A DNA stretch of 64,000 nucleotides, taken from positions 382,230,001-382,294,000 of the forward strand of contig OZ024740.1 in assembly GCA_964016885.1 (NCBI GenBank), written 5' to 3'. Each line of letters begins with the position of its first letter. Within the stretch, counting starts at the first letter, position 1. Positions 1-12,629 of the stretch are shown in pieces. A program made the position numbers and the translations under genes. The notes below the pieces were generated by a model. That model was not told where the DNA came from, made no database searches, and worked only from the letters and a program-made list of their open reading frames with translations. The DNA comes from Eledone cirrhosa. Lineage: Eukaryota.

Positions 1-600
1 CCCCAAAACAAGCAGGATGTTGTGTGCTTGTGTCGTGTTGACAGATCTACACACCTCCTCATGGAACTCTTCCGCACTCACATCACTGTCTCCCTCGGCT
101 GAGATGACTGTCAGTCTTGGGTTTCCATTGAAGGTGACCCTCAACACTCGCGGGGAGACAGGCATTATTTCCCTCACCAATAGACTGGTTTTTGTGCTGA
201 AAACAAAACCCACTCCTCCCACTGCAGCATTGGTCATGTTCCTCACTGCCGATGTTGTGATGAGCTGGCTCCTCTTCCCAATTATCACACTCCTCACGGG
301 CTCATCGTGTAGGATACTGTGTTCTTGGATCGCAAGTATCTTTATACCACTCTCCTCGAACAGATGTCCCAACTCCTCTCCCTTCTCCAGCGTCAGAATT
401 GTCCTCACATTCAAAGTGCCCATTTTGATGGCTCTTCTGCAGGACAAAACTGCATTCTTTATATTTGTCTCAGAGACAACTGATCCATCATCCACTTGCC
501 TTCCCTGTGGCTCTAAGCCAGCAGAGTGATAACGACTAGACTCCTCCTTGACAGTGTAATTAGGGGCTCTAACCCTAGTGCTGTTAGATCGACTCTCCAT
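1..600 (-). CDS. N-terminal APE endonuclease part of an RTE/RTEX-type LINE ORF, running off the left edge
   Basis: Minus frame from ATG at 600 translates to ...MGTLNVRTILTLEKGEELGHLFEESGIKILAIQEH...NAAVGGVGFV...VSPRVLRVTFNGNPRLTVIS, with the APE motifs GTxNVRT, AIQE and GGVG. It is absent from the ORF track because it is open at the window edge. Confidence 0.8.
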   Translation of the reverse strand, partial: MESRSNSTRVRAPNYTVKEESSRYHSAGLEPQGRQVDDGSVVSETNIKNAVLSCRRAIKMGTLNVRTILTLEKGEELGHLFEESGIKILAIQEHSILHDEPVRSVIIGKRSQLITTSAVRNMTNAAVGGVGFVFSTKTSLLVREIMPVSPRVLRVTFNGNPRLTVISAEGDSDVSAEEFHEEVCRSVNTTQAHNILLVLG

Positions 601-808
601 ATTTCTTTTCAATGGCTGACAATACCTTACCGGCGCCACTCGAATAAGGTAGTTATTTAACCCATAAATGGGGCCCTATCATGTACTACTACTCCGGGCT
701 AGAGCAGACCTGGGAGTTATGACAACTAAGGGGTAAGTCCACATTCCCCACAGCTCCTAAACTCCCGAACTGGAGCCTTGCCACTGGATGTAGTTTAATG
801 TCATACCC

Positions 809-813
<5 letters not shown>
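601..813 (-). mobile_element. Putative 5' UTR of the RTE/RTEX element, starting at a (TA)n tract
   Basis: Unique sequence contiguous with the APE ORF start and ending at the (TA)n run at ~813. Confidence 0.45.
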
Positions 814-885
<72 letters not shown>

Positions 886-1000
886 GCACATATATATATA
901 ATATATATATATATATAATATACGTAGGTCCCGGGTTGAGTCGGGGATAACCACAGTAAGTAAGGTACTCAATACATGGCAGAGTAACATTTTTTTATTT

Positions 1001-1115
1001 TATAGAAGGAGCTTCTACAGGACTAGTACTGTTTCATTCAGATGAAATCTTCAGGAGCTTCCTGAAGATTTCATCTGAATGAAACAGTACTAGTCCTGTA
1101 GAAGCTCCTTCTATA
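1001..1115. repeat. Perfect ~55-bp-arm inverted repeat carrying a hammerhead
   Basis: tatagaaggagcttctacagg...cttcagga is the reverse complement of tcctgaag...gaagctccttctata; centre ~1057-1059. Confidence 0.9.
1054..1108 (+). ncRNA. Type I hammerhead ribozyme (family A)
   Basis: GGAGCTTC-CTGAAGA-t-TTCA tc TGAA-t-GAAA-CAG tactagtc CTG-TA^GAAGCTCC: 8-bp stem I, CUGANGA and GAAA core, stems II and III, GUA cleavage triplet. Confidence 0.75.
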
Positions 1116-1129
1116 TATAATATATATAT

Positions 1130-1163
<34 letters not shown>

Positions 1164-1253
1164 ATATATATATATATAATATATATACATATATATATAT
1201 ATATATTAGTGAAAAAGAACAAAGGAACTATTATGACATTATAACAAGTTTAT

Positions 1254-1300
1254 TGCCGACAGCCGTTTCGTCCGACCCCATGGTGGGATTTATCAAGGCA
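1254..1300 (-). ncRNA. Inverted copy of family B hammerhead
   Basis: Reverse complement of 1760-1806 with G10.1 changed to A. Confidence 0.65.
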
Positions 1301-1759
1301 TATAACATGTGATTGCAAGATCATTGTTTACATCAACGTATCACTCAAGGCTAGCAGTTTGAAATTGTTGTATACATCAGCAACTCCGCTTGTATAGTTG
1401 TGGTCAATATTCTAAGGGGGGCTCTTTTATATTAGTTGTCGGGGTCAGGGATTGAAGTTTAAAAATTAGACAAAAATATATAATTTACGCATCAACATTA
1501 AACTAAAAGACTTGGGGTCCCGTAGAAGGTGCTTCTACGGGACCCCAAGTCTTTTAGTTTAATGTTGATGCGTAAATTATATATTTTTGTCTAATTTTTA
1601 AACTTCAATCCCTGACCCCGACAACTAATATAAAAGAGCTCCCCTTAGAATATTGACCACAACTATACAAGCGGAGTTGCTGATGTATACAACAATTTCA
1701 AACTGCCAGCCTTGAGTGATACGTTGATGTAAACAATGATCTTGCAATCACATGTTATA

Positions 1760-1806
1760 TGCCTTGATAAGTCCCACCATGGGGTCGGACGAAACGGCTG
1801 TCGGCA
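1760..1806 (+). ncRNA. Type I hammerhead, U3-A8 core variant (family B)
   Basis: TGCC-TTGATAA-GTCC caccatggggtc GGAC-GAAAC ggct GTC^GGCA, followed directly by AATAAA. Confidence 0.75.
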
Positions 1807-1961
1807 ATAAACTTGTTATAATGTCATAATAGTTCCTTTGTTCTTTTCCACTAATATTTCTGCTCTGCGTATACGCATAGAGCTTAACTAGCTACCGTCA
1901 CATATTTGGTAAGTCAGACGTGATCATCGCGATTCACATACGACCTACCATACATCTTACT

Positions 1962-2420
<459 letters not shown>

Positions 2421-3142
2421 GTGTGCATATGTATGTGTGTGCATGTATGTGTGTATGTATATATGTGTGTGTATGAGTGTGTATATATATATAAATGTAT
2501 ATAAGGTTGTGCGTATGTATGTGTGCGCGCGTATGTATGTATATATGTGTATGTCTGCGTAGGCCATGCTTGTCCGACCGGATATATGGCGCGACTTAAG
2601 CAGCTGTTATAAGGCTTGTGGCGATATGTATCGACAAGTGGGCGTGACTGGGTCCGTGGCTGTGAGGGAGAGCGTGTGTGTGTATATATACATATATGTA
2701 TGTATGTGGGTGTGTGTGTGTGTATGCACGAATGTGTCTGTGTCTGCATTGTGTGTATATGTGTGTGTATATTCGTGTGTGTGGGTGATTTCTCTGGAGT
2801 GTGAACAGACGTGTGAGATGCTGAACCCAGCATGACTCCATTGAAGTGTGTCGGAGGGAAAATGGCTGATGACCCGTGTGGCAGTAAACACTGACCAAAA
2901 CTTGTGATGACGTGGAGTAAAAACAGCCAATGGCATGACAGGAGTGGAAGAGGTTTTTTTTAGGGTGTTACACCCCCGTGATGAAATTTGCTCCGAAAGA
3001 AATACCCGTGTCTGAAAGAACCTGCAGCAGTAGAGTCAGCGAGATCCATACAGGAAACATGTCTCGAGCTACCTGCCGGCAAAACAATTGTAACACGCAA
3101 TAAATTATGTCCAGATGCATCACTGATTTTTCGTTTTCTTTA

Positions 3143-3233
<91 letters not shown>

Positions 3234-3315
3234 CATATATATATATATATATAATATATATGTATATATATTTATATATCCCCACACACACTCGGGACTC
3301 TCTTCCTACCCACTT

Positions 3316-3350
3316 TTCTCCTGATGATGGGCTTATGCCCGAAACGTCGT
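3316..3350 (+). ncRNA. Minimal or degenerate hammerhead motif
   Basis: CTGATGA-t-GGGC ttat GCCC-GAAACGTC; the stem I 3' strand does not pair well; AATAAA lies ~35 nt downstream. Confidence 0.5.
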
Positions 3351-3861
3351 TCCCCACCCCCCACTCTCACTAGCCTGAACCTAATAAACTCATGTTTGTA
3401 CTGCCTCTCTGTTTTTGTTCTCGTCTAAGATTTAATATATATATATATATATATATATAGTTAAGGATGAGGAGTGAAACCGTGCACCGGATCTCCCTGC
3501 AACAAGTCTTAACACCCCGGCGGGCAGGCGCTGCAAAATAACACCCAGGAAACTATCCTTGCATACCAGACCCAGCCTCAAACGACTCAGACAAACAGAT
3601 GCAGCAAAAAAAAAACTCTCAAAATAAGCGTTGATTACATGCGTATCGACAATGGTAATGTTGTAACCTCATCTCGTAGCGGATAAAAAAAAAATAAAAT
3701 AAAATTGTCCGGGAAAGACTGTCCTAACACCGGCCAGAGTTACCTCCCTTAACCTGCTGCAAAATCAAAACAAGCTATTTTTGCGAGCAATGAACCTTGA
3801 CGTGGATTTAACCCCAAAAACTCTTTCCGAGCAATGTAAGGAACGCTTTTGATTATTTATG

Positions 3862-3897
3862 CCCTTGAGAAGACCAACTGGGCGAAACGTACGTAGG
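3862..3897 (+). ncRNA. Minimal hammerhead, U3-A8 variant (family C)
   Basis: CC-TTGAGAA-GACC aact GGGC-GAAAC GTAC GTA^GG; palindromic stem III ACGTACGT; AATAAA at ~3908. Confidence 0.55.
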
Positions 3898-4116
3898 TAC
3901 TGTTTTAAATAAACATGTTTTAACGGTCTATTCTCCGATTTCTTACTTTCCCACGTGCTTACGCTCTGCTAATTCTCTAGCCCACTAAATATTAACACTT
4001 CGAATATTTAATACTGCCGGCACTATTATCGAGCACCTTTGGCATACGCTACTTGGCAAATAACTATATGTATCACCTATCTCCCCCTTTTTTTTCTCTC
4101 TCTCGATACGTAAATA

Positions 4117-4152
<36 letters not shown>

Positions 4153-4330
4153 GCGCCCTCAGATAAGGTTTTGATTTTGCCAGAAGAGCAGATTGGGGCT
4201 AGAGTCCGATCTTTTAATATTGATCCTTAATATATTAAAGATATTTTATTCTTAATATATAAATTCTGCTATAACAGTAAATGCTAATATTGTTACCTTC
4301 CTCGGTAGACCACAAATCTACTCAATAATC

Positions 4331-4389
<59 letters not shown>

Positions 4390-4779
4390 TGGTGTACGAG
4401 TGTATTTTTTTGTATGAATTTGAATAGAATAGTAATTATAGATATATATATAGACTGGTTAGTTTAACACACATATTTATGTAGCTGGCAAGCAAGATAG
4501 TCGTTTACTCTGTATAGATTTAAAGATATCTATTTATATTGGTAGTTTTGCAGCACCTCACTGTATCATTTTATTATGACATATTGCGTAATCTGTGCGT
4601 GTCTATTTAGAGTTAACAAATATTTTTTGAAAATCAGAAAAAAAAAAAAAAAGTACGTATTTTAGTTGTAGCTGAGGTTTCTTCCGGTAAAAAAAAATTA
4701 TACAAAGCAAATAGCATAAAAATATGAATAGTAACGAAGTAATTATCAGGCTCTGCTTCCACTTTACCTTGTAGAAATA

Positions 4780-4855
4780 AAGACTTCAACATATTAATAC
4801 ACGCATATATATATATATATATATATATATGCGTGTATTAATATGTTGAAGTCTT
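4780..4855. repeat. Fold-back palindrome centred on (TA)n
   Basis: aagacttcaacatattaatacacgc-(at)n-gcgtgtattaatatgttgaagtctt. Confidence 0.9.
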
Positions 4856-4882
4856 ATATATATATATATGTATACATATATA

Positions 4883-5085
4883 GATTTCGTCAAATCGAAC
4901 CCAGGAAACAATATAATGTTTCCGTTGGTCTTCCAATTGCTAATACTATCTATTGGTCGCAGCTCCAGGTAGAAGGAGCAACGTGAAATAAAGTGTCTTT
5001 CTCAAGGACATAACGCATCACCCGGTCCAGGAATCGAACTCACAACCTCACGATTGCTAATCCAATTATCTAACCACTCAGCCAC
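4883..5085 (-). mobile_element. tRNA-derived SINE with CORE-like segment (SINE family 2)
   Basis: Minus strand shows A box (tggctgagtggtta), B box (gagttcgattcc) and tgtccttgagaaagacacttta; homologous to 44192-44400. Confidence 0.7.
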
Positions 5086-5139
5086 TCAGCATTATTTAAA
5101 TATATGTGGGTGTGTGTATGTGTGGGGGGGGGGGGGTAT

Positions 5140-5272
5140 AGGTGGCAAAGACGCGTTAGAACGTCGGATAGAATGCTTTGCTTTGTTCGTTTCGGCATTC
5201 TGTTCAAATCTCGCCGTAGTCTCCTGTACCTTTCATCCATTCCAGGTCGATTAAGTAAATTAAGTACCATTA
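5140..5272 (+). mobile_element. Diverged SINE family 1 copy
   Basis: gttcaaatctcgcc...cctttcatccattccaggtcgattaa...aagtacc. Confidence 0.6.
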
Positions 5273-8200
5273 GAATCTTACTTTATATCTTTTTCTCATT
5301 TCTCCTCTCTCACTCTTTCTATTATTCTATGGAAGAAATTTGCTATATTCAAACCTGGAGAAGATATGGGATCCTTCCTTGTCTAAATGTGCCCGAGAAA
5401 TGCCGTATGCCAATGAGACACAACTCTCTCGGGAGTTAGGTGACAATTCATCCATATATGTCTAAGAAATATTTTGTTTCTTTTTCTTACACATTCAAAC
5501 ATTCAAATATAAGCCATTTAAAGTAGAAAGATTGTTTATACACCAAACATTTAGACATGGATATACATCTTGCTATAAAATCCCTTTATGTTTATTTCTT
5601 TTGTTAACTAGTAGCCCTGAAAAATTAATAGGAAGCCTACGTGGATGTTCTGATATTTTTTTTTCTTTACACCACATGACTCGTGTAAATCTAGCTGGTA
5701 TGTAAGTTTTGACACGGCTGCTCAAACAGTTAAGGATTGGAGGCAAATCTCCATCGTTAAAGTGAGTAATGTGAGATTGTCGGACCTGTAATGAAAAATA
5801 AATAAGACGAAAAACTGACAGGATTGCTAGGTCTCGAGTTTTTATCAGAAATCTAATTGATCCGTAGATAAACAGCATTAATAATGTCTAATGCTAGCCA
5901 AATGGATTTGGAAATCGTATATAGAAATTCTGCAAGATACTGCATCTTTTTCTGTGAGGTTAAACACTATAAGCTGCATATATTTAGTTTATTGAATAGT
6001 TTGGTTAACCCTATAATTCATGGATATGTCATTGCGACGGAAAACAGTTACTGGATTATTGAAATTGCAGTCGCTTGGCAGAAATTTTAGAGCTCGAAAC
6101 AAAATACCCAGCAGAATTTAGTAGTACACGCTTTCGTATTGTATTCAGTTATCACGTCACATTAACCAAGAAAATAAATGCCGGTCAACAACAAATGTTT
6201 ATATGTTATGTATATGCTCTAGTCTGAATATTAAAATTAGTAATATATATGTTCGCTTTTATAAAGATTGAATTTAAATATGGTACCGGCAATGTTTTTA
6301 CTCGGCTGAAATAAGTTACCCATGTACTTTGATCTATTTCACAATTTAGTTTGAATAAAATATATTCCCTGCTTGAATTAAGGTTTGTGCTGTAATCCTT
6401 TAAGAAATTTGAAACGCTTAATTGTATTGTGTTGTAATCGTCTATTTTCTAATTTACACATCAACTTTAATCGGGTTTTATATCGATTTTTTTTTCATAC
6501 ATCAACTCGTGAATAGATTTATCCATCTTGGGAGCTATACGCAACCCCAGTTCAATGATATGTAGCGTGACTATTAGAATCAAGAAATGAAATTGTGTTT
6601 AATCTGAATGGAATTAAATTTCCATCCAGTTTGTACAATAGCAATATAATTAAGTGGGGGAATTTGAATATATTAACTAAATTGAGATATAAGATAACTA
6701 TAATATTCTAAATGTTTAGAAAGTTTAATGAAATGAAGATACCTTTATTTTGGCCCAATTCTTAAATTACTCTAAATAAAATTATATGGTGTACTTGTTT
6801 AGTTTCGGTTTAGCTGTACTATGGCACTGAGATCGTCATCCGAATGACAATTTTCGATCGATAAATACAACAAATGTTCATTCCATTTCTTTGTACATGC
6901 AGTGGTTAATTGTTTTTTGTGCAGTGTGTCGCTCGATGAATTTGCTTTGGCAGTACGCAGTATATTTTCTAATAACTAGGTTCTAGTGATGGCGACCAAG
7001 TGCCAGCGTCAGACGATCGAATTATTCATAGAAAGATAGTTGCTTGTTTTCGGTTATTTGTACTGTTGTACTTGCGTAGACGAGAGTAATATAACATTCA
7101 TGCTTCGGATATGTGTTTTATGTATTTGGTATGTTTGGTTCAACAGTGTGGAGTTAGGGGTTGAGGGTAAAACCGAGTGGTTGTTAATATGATTTTTTCC
7201 TTTCTGTATTCTCAATTCATTTCAATATTTGGGAGTTTGTTTGGAATATTTTTGGATGTAATTTGTCATATATTGTAGAGATATAGAGCGAGGATGAAAC
7301 TAGTTATTATTTAGACACTTCTTGTGCTCTTCTGTTGGTTGTATGATACATATCATAGAGCTCTTCAATTGATTTTACTACATTATATGTTCTTTACTAT
7401 GACATCTATATCTAAGAGAATAACTACAACAGATAATTATTTACAGACAAAACATTAACCTGGTATATGTGCAATTGCCGTTTCACCAAAACATGTATTC
7501 GATCTATTACATATCACCACCGCAGCTGAGTAACAATTCTAAATCGCAAGAAGCTGTCTCTAGCATGTTAGAATACCTCTTTCCCACTACAATAAATTAT
7601 TGCTTTCTTACATCTCCAGGATGAAAATTAATGATTTTATATGATTATCATAGTTTTCGTGATAATATTATACTTAGATTATTTATAATTTATCATTTTC
7701 GCTAAACTAAACACAAATATTAAAAAATATTTCATTTGCAGTAACGAATTATTCATTTTTTTTAAATCTAATTAGCTACTTGGTTATTTAAATAAATGCG
7801 CAACTTAAGAAAAAGGCATAGCAAAAATATCACCAACTAAATCATGCCATTTCAAACTACTAACTTCATTTAAACGAGTTCAGGTTACATATTCCCAGAA
7901 CTTCCGCTCCAGATGTAGAAAGTTTGGTTGAGATCCATATGAGGAAACAAAATATTGATTTTCGTCAAAGGCACACGATCGTAAATCCATATTAGCAGTA
8001 AAAAATATTGTATAATTTTTATGTTTTTCTTAATGACATCATTGTAATGGATCTCCGTGGGTTCGACGATTAGTATACCTTTTGTTCAATCAACGGCATA
8101 TCGCACTCATGAAATTATTATGTAAGTAGCAAATTCAACGGGACGCAGCATGTGATAAGACTAGCTCTTTGAAATATATGTACAGTTTATCAGACCCGCA

Positions 8201-9257
8201 TCCAATCAGATTCCGTCTACCCAGTTTCGCTTCAAAGACATGTGTTCTACTATCAATTCTATCATGCACTAGAAAATATACCTTTTACTAACACATTAAT
8301 CCATGAATCATATATTTTATTATTTTGAGAAAGTACTGTAGTGCAGATGCTTTTCCTGCGGAACTATTTCGATTTATGATTCGGAGAAAATTCATTTTAA
8401 TTATGCTAGAGTAGTATTGGAGTAGCGTGCACGCTATTTCATATATTCATAATTAGATATATTAGATTTGATTTTGTTGTTGTATTCTCAGTCAGCTCTG
8501 GGTGAGTAGTATCATAATCGAAGGCATTCTAGCCATGACAATTTCACTTTTCTTTTGTATTAATTTTAAAATAGTTTACGAGCAAAATATACTGAAGTGT
8601 GTTTTTCATTATGGTAGGTTTTCATTTGCTGGTGATTTAATTATTCTTTGTAGATGGAGTGATCATTTGGAAGATTCCTACTGGTCAACTGATATTTAAA
8701 ATACATGAGGCAAGGGAGGTAACAGAAGATATTTAAGTAATCGAATTTCAGCTACAAGCATTGGTCAGCAAGTGATTAACTCGTCTATTTTCGGGATCTG
8801 GAAGGTCACATTTCTGGTGCAGTAAAGAAACATGGAAATTAGTAAAAATTCTAAAGCATTCGAGTGCAAATCATTGCTTTCATATTCCATCATCGGACTT
8901 TGATTAATCAGAGGCAATACATTTAAATTGGGACGAAATGCGAAACCTACCTATTATGACACACATATAAAAGGTTTCTTGCTACTTGGACCATTATTGT
9001 ATTCGACTTATTTTTGAATGGCTTGGAAAATAACAAAATATGCGGAAGATTGTTTTCTAAAGTGGAAATATTAAATATAGATACGTAAGAAATTATTTAC
9101 CAGCGATGATATTTGAAATGTTAAATTTATAGATCGACACAAAATTACTCAGGACATATAAAATTAATACAATACAGATAAATAATTCAATATAAAGAAG
9201 CAATTATTTAAACATATTATATTAATTTTGAAACATTTATTATTATTATTATTATTA

Positions 9258-10634
9258 CAGTTCCATTTATCTTGCTTTATGTTCGTACAAGAGACAACAA
9301 GGTCCGCCATGTTCAAGAAAGAACATACATACACACTCATGCATCTTTAAGTGTTAGATTTGTGATGTACTGACAGAATCTTCCTTAGTATATGGGCAGT
9401 TCCCATTAGTACTATCTTTTTTATTTCTTCTATATGCGGGTTTCCTGGGATTTGCGATAAGTAATCATTAGACCCCTTAGGTATCATTCCTAGAGCGCCT
9501 ACAACCACTGGTATTGTTTTAGTTCTCAGTTTCCACATTTTTCCAATTTCTATCTCCAGGTCCTTATACTTACTCAAGTTTTCAAATTCTTTTATAGATA
9601 CATTCTTGTCTAGTGGAATAGACATATCAATTAGCAGGCATACCCTCTTTTTAAAGTCCTTCAGTATTATATCAAGTCTATTTGCATCTACTTTTCGGTC
9701 TGTTTGGATGCTAACGTTCCACAAGATTAAGATGTGATCTTTTTCAAGTACGGGAGGTGGTTGATGATCCCACCAAATCTTTTGATGGGGGAGGTCAACA
9801 TGTTTACACATTATCCAATGTATGTATTGTGCAGCTCTGTCGTTCCTGTTTAAGTATTCGGTTGGAGCTATAGGACTGCGCATTGAAATTATATGATCAA
9901 TGGTCTCTGGTTGTTTTTTTACATACACGGCATAATGGGTTGCATCCATTTTTTATTATGTTGGCTTGATAATATTTTGTTGGCAGAGACTGATCTTGTG
10001 CTGAGATAATCAGTCCTTCAGTCTCCGATTTCAGTCCAGAAGATGCCACCCACTGATGTGTTAAAGTGTTGGCAACATCAGGATTGTTAGCTCTTTCTGG
10101 GTATTTTCCATACAGAGGCTTTTCTTGCCATTTCTTAGCCAGTCTCTGTAGCATTTCTTTCTTTGCAGTTACTTTTATCTGCTTTGCTTGTTCTGTGTTT
10201 TTCATTTCAGCAGTAAATGGAACTTCTGAAATTTGTAGTTCATTACTCTATCTTTGTGCATCTTTTGTAATGGAGTATGATCTTTTGATGCTTTCATGTT
10301 TCAAAACGAGTTTGATCATCCAATCATCTGATTCCCTTGGATATGTAGATAATCCAATTGTTGCAGTTTCCAAAGCAATATCTACCTGGATTAATCCACG
10401 TTCTCCTTCTATCCTAGGGAGATATATTCTATCGGTATCTGCCTTAGGGTGATGCATTCTGTGGTTAAGAATTTTATAATTTTTGTATAGTTCCTACGGA
10501 TTTATGTGATTGACCAGTTGATGACATTTTGACTGCAGGTTACTACTGGTATGGCAAGCGTGTTTATGGCATCGACCCTATTCCTTGCATTCAATTCCGT
10601 TCTTAAGATTGCTCTTACTCTGCGGTAATATTCC
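9258..10634 (-). mobile_element. 5'-truncated Dong/R4-clade non-LTR retrotransposon (RT C-terminus, CCHC, RLE), frameshifted
   Basis: Segments LYLPRxxGxRGL, LKSETEGLIISAQDQ, CRVCKKQPETIDHII, NRLDII...LIDMSIP...KYKDL...IPVVVGALG; bounded by (TAA)n runs at both ends. Confidence 0.85.
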
Positions 10635-10653
10635 TAAATATTATTATTATTAT

Positions 10654-12166
10654 TGCAGCTCGGAACCTGGAGAGGCAAGCCCATGCCGTCCAACAGCGTC
10701 GTGGGGCGCTGGACGGACGGACCGGTAAAGTTGCTCGGGGTTTGGTTCGGACCAGACCTCCAGGTGGAAAAGAATTGTGACGAGGTAACGAGCAGAGTAG
10801 CTAGTCTCACCCAAAAATGGGCTGGGAGGAAGCTATCACTGAAAGGTGGCGCGTAGGTGGCGAATGCGTACATCGCGTCCATCATCTACTACCGCCTGAC
10901 CGTCGTGCCTTGCCCTCGTCCGCGCCTCGTCAAGTTGGAACGGCTCCTCTTCAAATTCTTGTGGAAGGGACAAGTCCCGTTGGTGAGGCGGTCCACCTGC
11001 TGCCAGCACCCTCTACGCGGAGGGCTGGGCATGCCGTGGCTAATGATGCGCAGACATGCGTTGAGGCTGCGACATCTCCAGATATTCTGCCTCAACAGTC
11101 AACAGGTGTGGTCGCCGGTTATCAAACAGGCCTTTCCGCAGCTCATTTCTTTGAATGAGCTGCAGTCCTGGGTCAATAAGAGACCGAGACTGGGTGACTG
11201 GCACCTGGAATGTTGCCAGGCACTCACTGCCCTCTACCAAGCGGGCAATGCGATCAGTGGAACTTCCACTCTCGAGTTCTATAGAGGATTAGTGGTGGGC
11301 AAGTGCGATGACGCACTCGGAGAAGCTTTGGGCCTCGACGAAGTCGAACTGACCAGTCTGTACCGGAGGAATTTCGAGCCGGGGAAGATGGACAATTTCC
11401 AGAAATCCCTCGCTTGGCAGTGCTACCGGGGGGCACTGCCGGTTCGGGATAAACTCTACAGGTACGGAAGTGCTGTCAGACGGACCTGCCCAAGATGCGC
11501 ACAGAACGACGAAACCGTTCTGCACGCACTTGTCCAATGTCCGTGCATTACTGACTTGTGGAGTTATGTCGAACAGCTACTGTCGCGTGTGGAACGAATC
11601 CGGCTATCGGCCGAGTCCATAGTGAAGATCGACCCGCCCCCTTCCTTAGGTCAGAAAGAGCAGGAAATTTTCCTCTGTCTAGTGGCAGTTGCGAAAGAGT
11701 TTATATGGTGGACCAGGTTAAATAGACTGAAGACAGGCACTTTTCTCTTCGGCCAATCCCTCATAAACTTCTTCAAGTTTCACCTGGAAAGGAAGGTGAG
11801 GGTCGAGAGAGAAGTACATTTGCTAAAAGGTGGATGAATGTAGCGAGAATGGCTCGTGTGAATGGGCTACTTTGACCATGTGTCTATAGGCTAGCTAACT
11901 TGAGGAGATGTGAGCTCTCCCTGGGTGCCCTAGAAGCGCAGGGTGGTTCAGGATTGGTGGGGTACTTGAGTCACCCCAGGATCGTCCACCCCCTATCGGG
12001 GAATTTATTTTATTATATTTATGCATAGTTTATTTTATATTTTTATATCTTCATTGTTAAATTAGTCTTGCCATTGTGCACTTTTACTCGACCTTATTGT
12101 AAAACCCCACTATCCCTGTCTTTGTATTGTCCCCTATATGTCGGCCCTTGTGGCTAATAAATGAAA

Positions 12167-12198
<32 letters not shown>
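10654..12198 (+). mobile_element. 5'-truncated L1/Tx1-clade LINE (ORF2 C-terminal half, 3' UTR, (ATT)n tail)
   Basis: KLLGVWFG, LSLKG, GGLGMP and CPRCAQNDETVLHALVQC motifs; paralogous to 16690-18198; ends aataaatgaaatc(att)n. Confidence 0.9.
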
Positions 12199-12629
12199 GA
12201 ATGCTATGGTTGACGGAGGCTCGGCTCTGTAAGGTATTGTAAATTTTGAACACTATCACAATTGTAAATTGTTTAAAACTTTAACGAACTTGTAGACAAA
12301 AACACCATCCTCCTCGTGAGAGGGGTCTTTCTGCCCGTTATTTGGCCCTTCGGGGTTAAATAAGTGCTTATTGGGGTTTTGTACCCAATATTTATTTTAA
12401 ACAAAAAAAAAAACATGGCTACGAAAAAGAAATTTCATAGGTCACTCCCACTCATTCCGTTTTCTTCTTCCTCAATCATCACTACAGCAGAGAGAACATT
12501 GTCTCTCTCCCTCCCTTCTTTAAATGTGTCTCTCTCCCCCCTTCTCTTTCGCAAGCGACGAAAGAAAAGAAAAGTCTCGTGCAAAGCGTGCAAGGTTTCT
12601 CCACGACGACGACGACAGCGACGAAATAG

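Larger units (their letters stand above)
1203..1857. repeat. Near-perfect ~325-bp-arm fold-back inverted repeat between (TA)n tracts
   Basis: Arms meet at cgtagaag-gtg-cttctacg (1521-1539) with only a few substitutions. The right arm continues into a unique tail to ~1960. Confidence 0.92.

Noticed and set aside
17-529. 170-aa plus-strand ORF
   Set aside because: Antisense shadow of the minus-strand APE endonuclease frame.
2860-3010. ctgatga at ~2866 and gtgatga...ccgaaag at ~2978 as hammerheads
   Set aside because: No convincing stem II, stem III or stem I pairing.
4180-4220. cagaaga plus hairpin
   Set aside because: No GAAA after the stem.
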